Source of the DNA: a virus
Reading direction: 5' to 3' (one strand)
Length of the DNA: 5,694 nucleotides
IMG/VR virus record: IMGVR_UViG_3300045988_151390
Coordinates: 1 to 5,694 of that record
In this document: positions 4,973-5,694 of the stretch, piece by piece
How the letters are laid out: every line of letters begins with the position of its first letter
How positions within the stretch are numbered: position 1 is the stretch's first letter
Program-made: the position numbers and the translations under genes
The notes under the pieces: model-generated
Told to the model about the DNA's origin: nothing
The model's input: the letters and a program-made list of their open reading frames with translations, nothing else
Database searches by the model: none

Positions 4973-4978
4973 AAACTT

Positions 4979-5015
4979 CCCCCCGTGCCCTTTAGGGTCA
5001 GGGGGGTTGTTTTTA
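4979..5015. terminator. Bidirectional intrinsic terminator between the convergent ATPase (+) and 72-aa (-) genes
   Basis: The hairpin is cccccc-gtgccc-ttta-gggtca-gggggg: 6 GC pairs, an internal loop, and a ccc/ggg stem around the ttta loop. TTGTTTTTATT follows on the plus strand, and an A-run upstream gives a U-tract on the minus strand. Confidence 0.65.
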
Positions 5016-5022
5016 TTATTCT

Positions 5023-5241
5023 TTAGCTATTTTTAAAGTAATGGTAAAGAAACTCTTCGTTATCTTTTAGAAGTCGTGCTTGGATTCTGAATCGGTGCAT
5101 ACTGCTTAGTTTCTTATCGTTAATCCATTTTTGTGCTGCGATTCTTAGAGCTTCTTTTTTGTTTTTTGCTTCGATATGGATAATCCATTCTTTATCTTCC
5201 CTTTTCTCCGTGCAAAATCTAATCTCATAATACTTATTCAT
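5023..5241 (-). CDS. Hypothetical basic 72-aa protein, second gene of the AT-rich minus-strand cassette
   Basis: Minus-strand ORF with SD AAAGGAGAA 9 nt upstream of the ATG, 17 nt downstream of the gene-1 stop. The protein is MNKYYEIRFCTEKREDKEWIIHIEAKNKKEALRIAAQKWINDKKLSSMHRFRIQARLLKDNEEFLYHYFKNS, net charge about +6. It has a faint resemblance to small HicB/UPF0150-like alpha/beta proteins, recalled from memory and not reliable. The K/E/N/I-rich composition differs from the phage core. Confidence 0.65.
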   Translation of the reverse strand: MNKYYEIRFCTEKREDKEWIIHIEAKNKKEALRIAAQKWINDKKLSSMHRFRIQARLLKDNEEFLYHYFKNS

Positions 5242-5258
5242 TTTTTTTTGTTCTCCTT

Positions 5259-5495
5259 TTAAAATCTTGTGAATGTTTTTCCGTCTTTTGTCTGTGCGAT
5301 TATCTCCCAGAAAATTTCATCGAGGTATTTTGTTGTATCCACGTAGTTGATGTCAATTCGCTTGATTATGAAGAAGTCGTAGAATTCTTCATTTTCATTG
5401 ACTGCGGTATATTTGAATGCTCTGTATTGATAGCTTTTCGTGTAGACAATTCTTTCTGTAAAGACCTTTTCAAGGAATTCTTTTTTTACTTTCAT
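5259..5495 (-). CDS. Hypothetical 78-aa protein, first gene of the AT-rich minus-strand cassette
   Basis: Minus-strand ORF with SD AAGGAGAT 8 nt upstream of the ATG (revcomp of 5501-5510). It lies about 20 nt downstream of the predicted TSS of the TTGACA/TACAAT promoter. The protein is MKVKKEFLEKVFTERIVYTKSYQYRAFKYTAVNENEEFYDFFIIKRIDINYVDTTKYLDEIFWEIIAQTKDGKTFTRF. No family was recognised. Confidence 0.65.
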   Translation of the reverse strand: MKVKKEFLEKVFTERIVYTKSYQYRAFKYTAVNENEEFYDFFIIKRIDINYVDTTKYLDEIFWEIIAQTKDGKTFTRF

Positions 5496-5524
5496 GCGCT
5501 TATCTCCTTTCCTTTTATGTCTTT

Positions 5525-5553
5525 ATTGTAGCATAGAAATTTCTATTTGTCAA
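5525..5553 (-). promoter_or_regulatory. Near-consensus sigma70 promoter on the minus strand driving the 78-aa/72-aa operon: -35 TTGACA (revcomp of 5548-5553), exact 17-nt spacer, -10 TACAAT (revcomp of 5525-5530)
   Basis: The reverse complement of 5521-5560 reads TTGACAaatagaaatttctatgcTACAATaaag. The predicted TSS is near 5518, giving a 5'UTR of about 23 nt that contains the AAGGAGAT SD. Confidence 0.6.
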
Positions 5554-5568
5554 TAGGAATTTCTATTG
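5533..5568. promoter_or_regulatory. Two tandem palindromic operator-like sites, 20 bp apart centre to centre. Site 1 ATAGAAATTTCTAT (5533-5546) is a perfect 14-bp palindrome inside the promoter spacer. Site 2 cAATAGGAATTTCTATTg (5551-5568) is an 18-bp palindrome with one mismatched pair, overlapping the -35
   Basis: Both palindromes were checked base by base. They share the half-site ATAG(A/G)AA / TTTCTAT. Their position over the -35 and spacer is typical of an autoregulating repressor operator. Confidence 0.55.
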
Positions 5569-5575
5569 CTCCATC

Positions 5576-5694
5576 ATTTTTTTTTTTTTTTTTCTTTTTT
5601 GCCGGCAGGCGCCACGTTTAGTCACGCGATAGCGTCTCCACCGCGTCCCCCGTCCCCGCAAGGGCAAAGCCCTTGCCCTTTCTAAACAGGCTGG
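5576..5694. repeat. Terminal redundancy copy 2, identical to 1-119 (circular wrap-around)
   Basis: Exact match to the first 119 nt of the window. Confidence 0.9.

Noticed and set aside
5576-5694. Direct repeat at the window ends, possibly an LTR, IS boundary or att duplication
   Set aside because: The identity is exact and covers part of the regulatory intergenic region of a replicon with a full phage gene set. This fits an assembly wrap-around of a circle, not a mobile-element terminal repeat.

Overview
The window appears to be one complete, circularly permuted filamentous-phage (inovirus-like) genome of about 5575 nt. The first 119 nt are repeated exactly at 5576-5694, which is assembly wrap-around, not a biological repeat. 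The plus strand is T-rich with a strong T-at-third-codon bias, as expected for the packaged strand of a ssDNA phage. Gene order on the plus strand is: a GC-rich intergenic region with a poly-T tract and hairpins (origin or packaging candidates); a sigma70-like promoter; a rolling-circle Rep resembling the Rep_trans / pT181 RepC / CTXphi RstA type; and a gV-like ssDNA-binding protein. After these come a UUCG-tetraloop hairpin and a canonical-looking tRNA-Gln(CUG) gene with an encoded CCA end. Next is a secreted Ser-rich 392-aa protein with a signal peptide and a C-terminal membrane anchor, resembling the pIII adsorption protein. It is followed by four to five tiny hydrophobic ORFs whose starts and stops overlap (coat or minor-coat candidates) and a 203-aa acidic protein with a C-terminal TM anchor. 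A long intrinsic terminator precedes a short Zot/pI-like Walker A/B assembly ATPase, and a bidirectional terminator closes this block. On the minus strand, just upstream of rep and divergent from it, sits an AT-rich two-gene cassette of 78 and 72 aa. It has strong Shine-Dalgarno (SD) sites, a near-consensus sigma70 promoter (TTGACA-17-TACAAT) and two tandem palindromic operator-like sites (ATAGAAATTTCTAT, then ATAGGAATTTCTAT 20 bp away). This compositionally foreign cassette, a candidate autoregulated repressor, immunity, TA-like or other accessory module, is the most likely undescribed system here. The tRNA gene is the other unusual feature for this phage class. No integrase, secretin, CRISPR array or rRNA is present. 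Family assignments rest on motifs recognised from memory and were not checked against any database.
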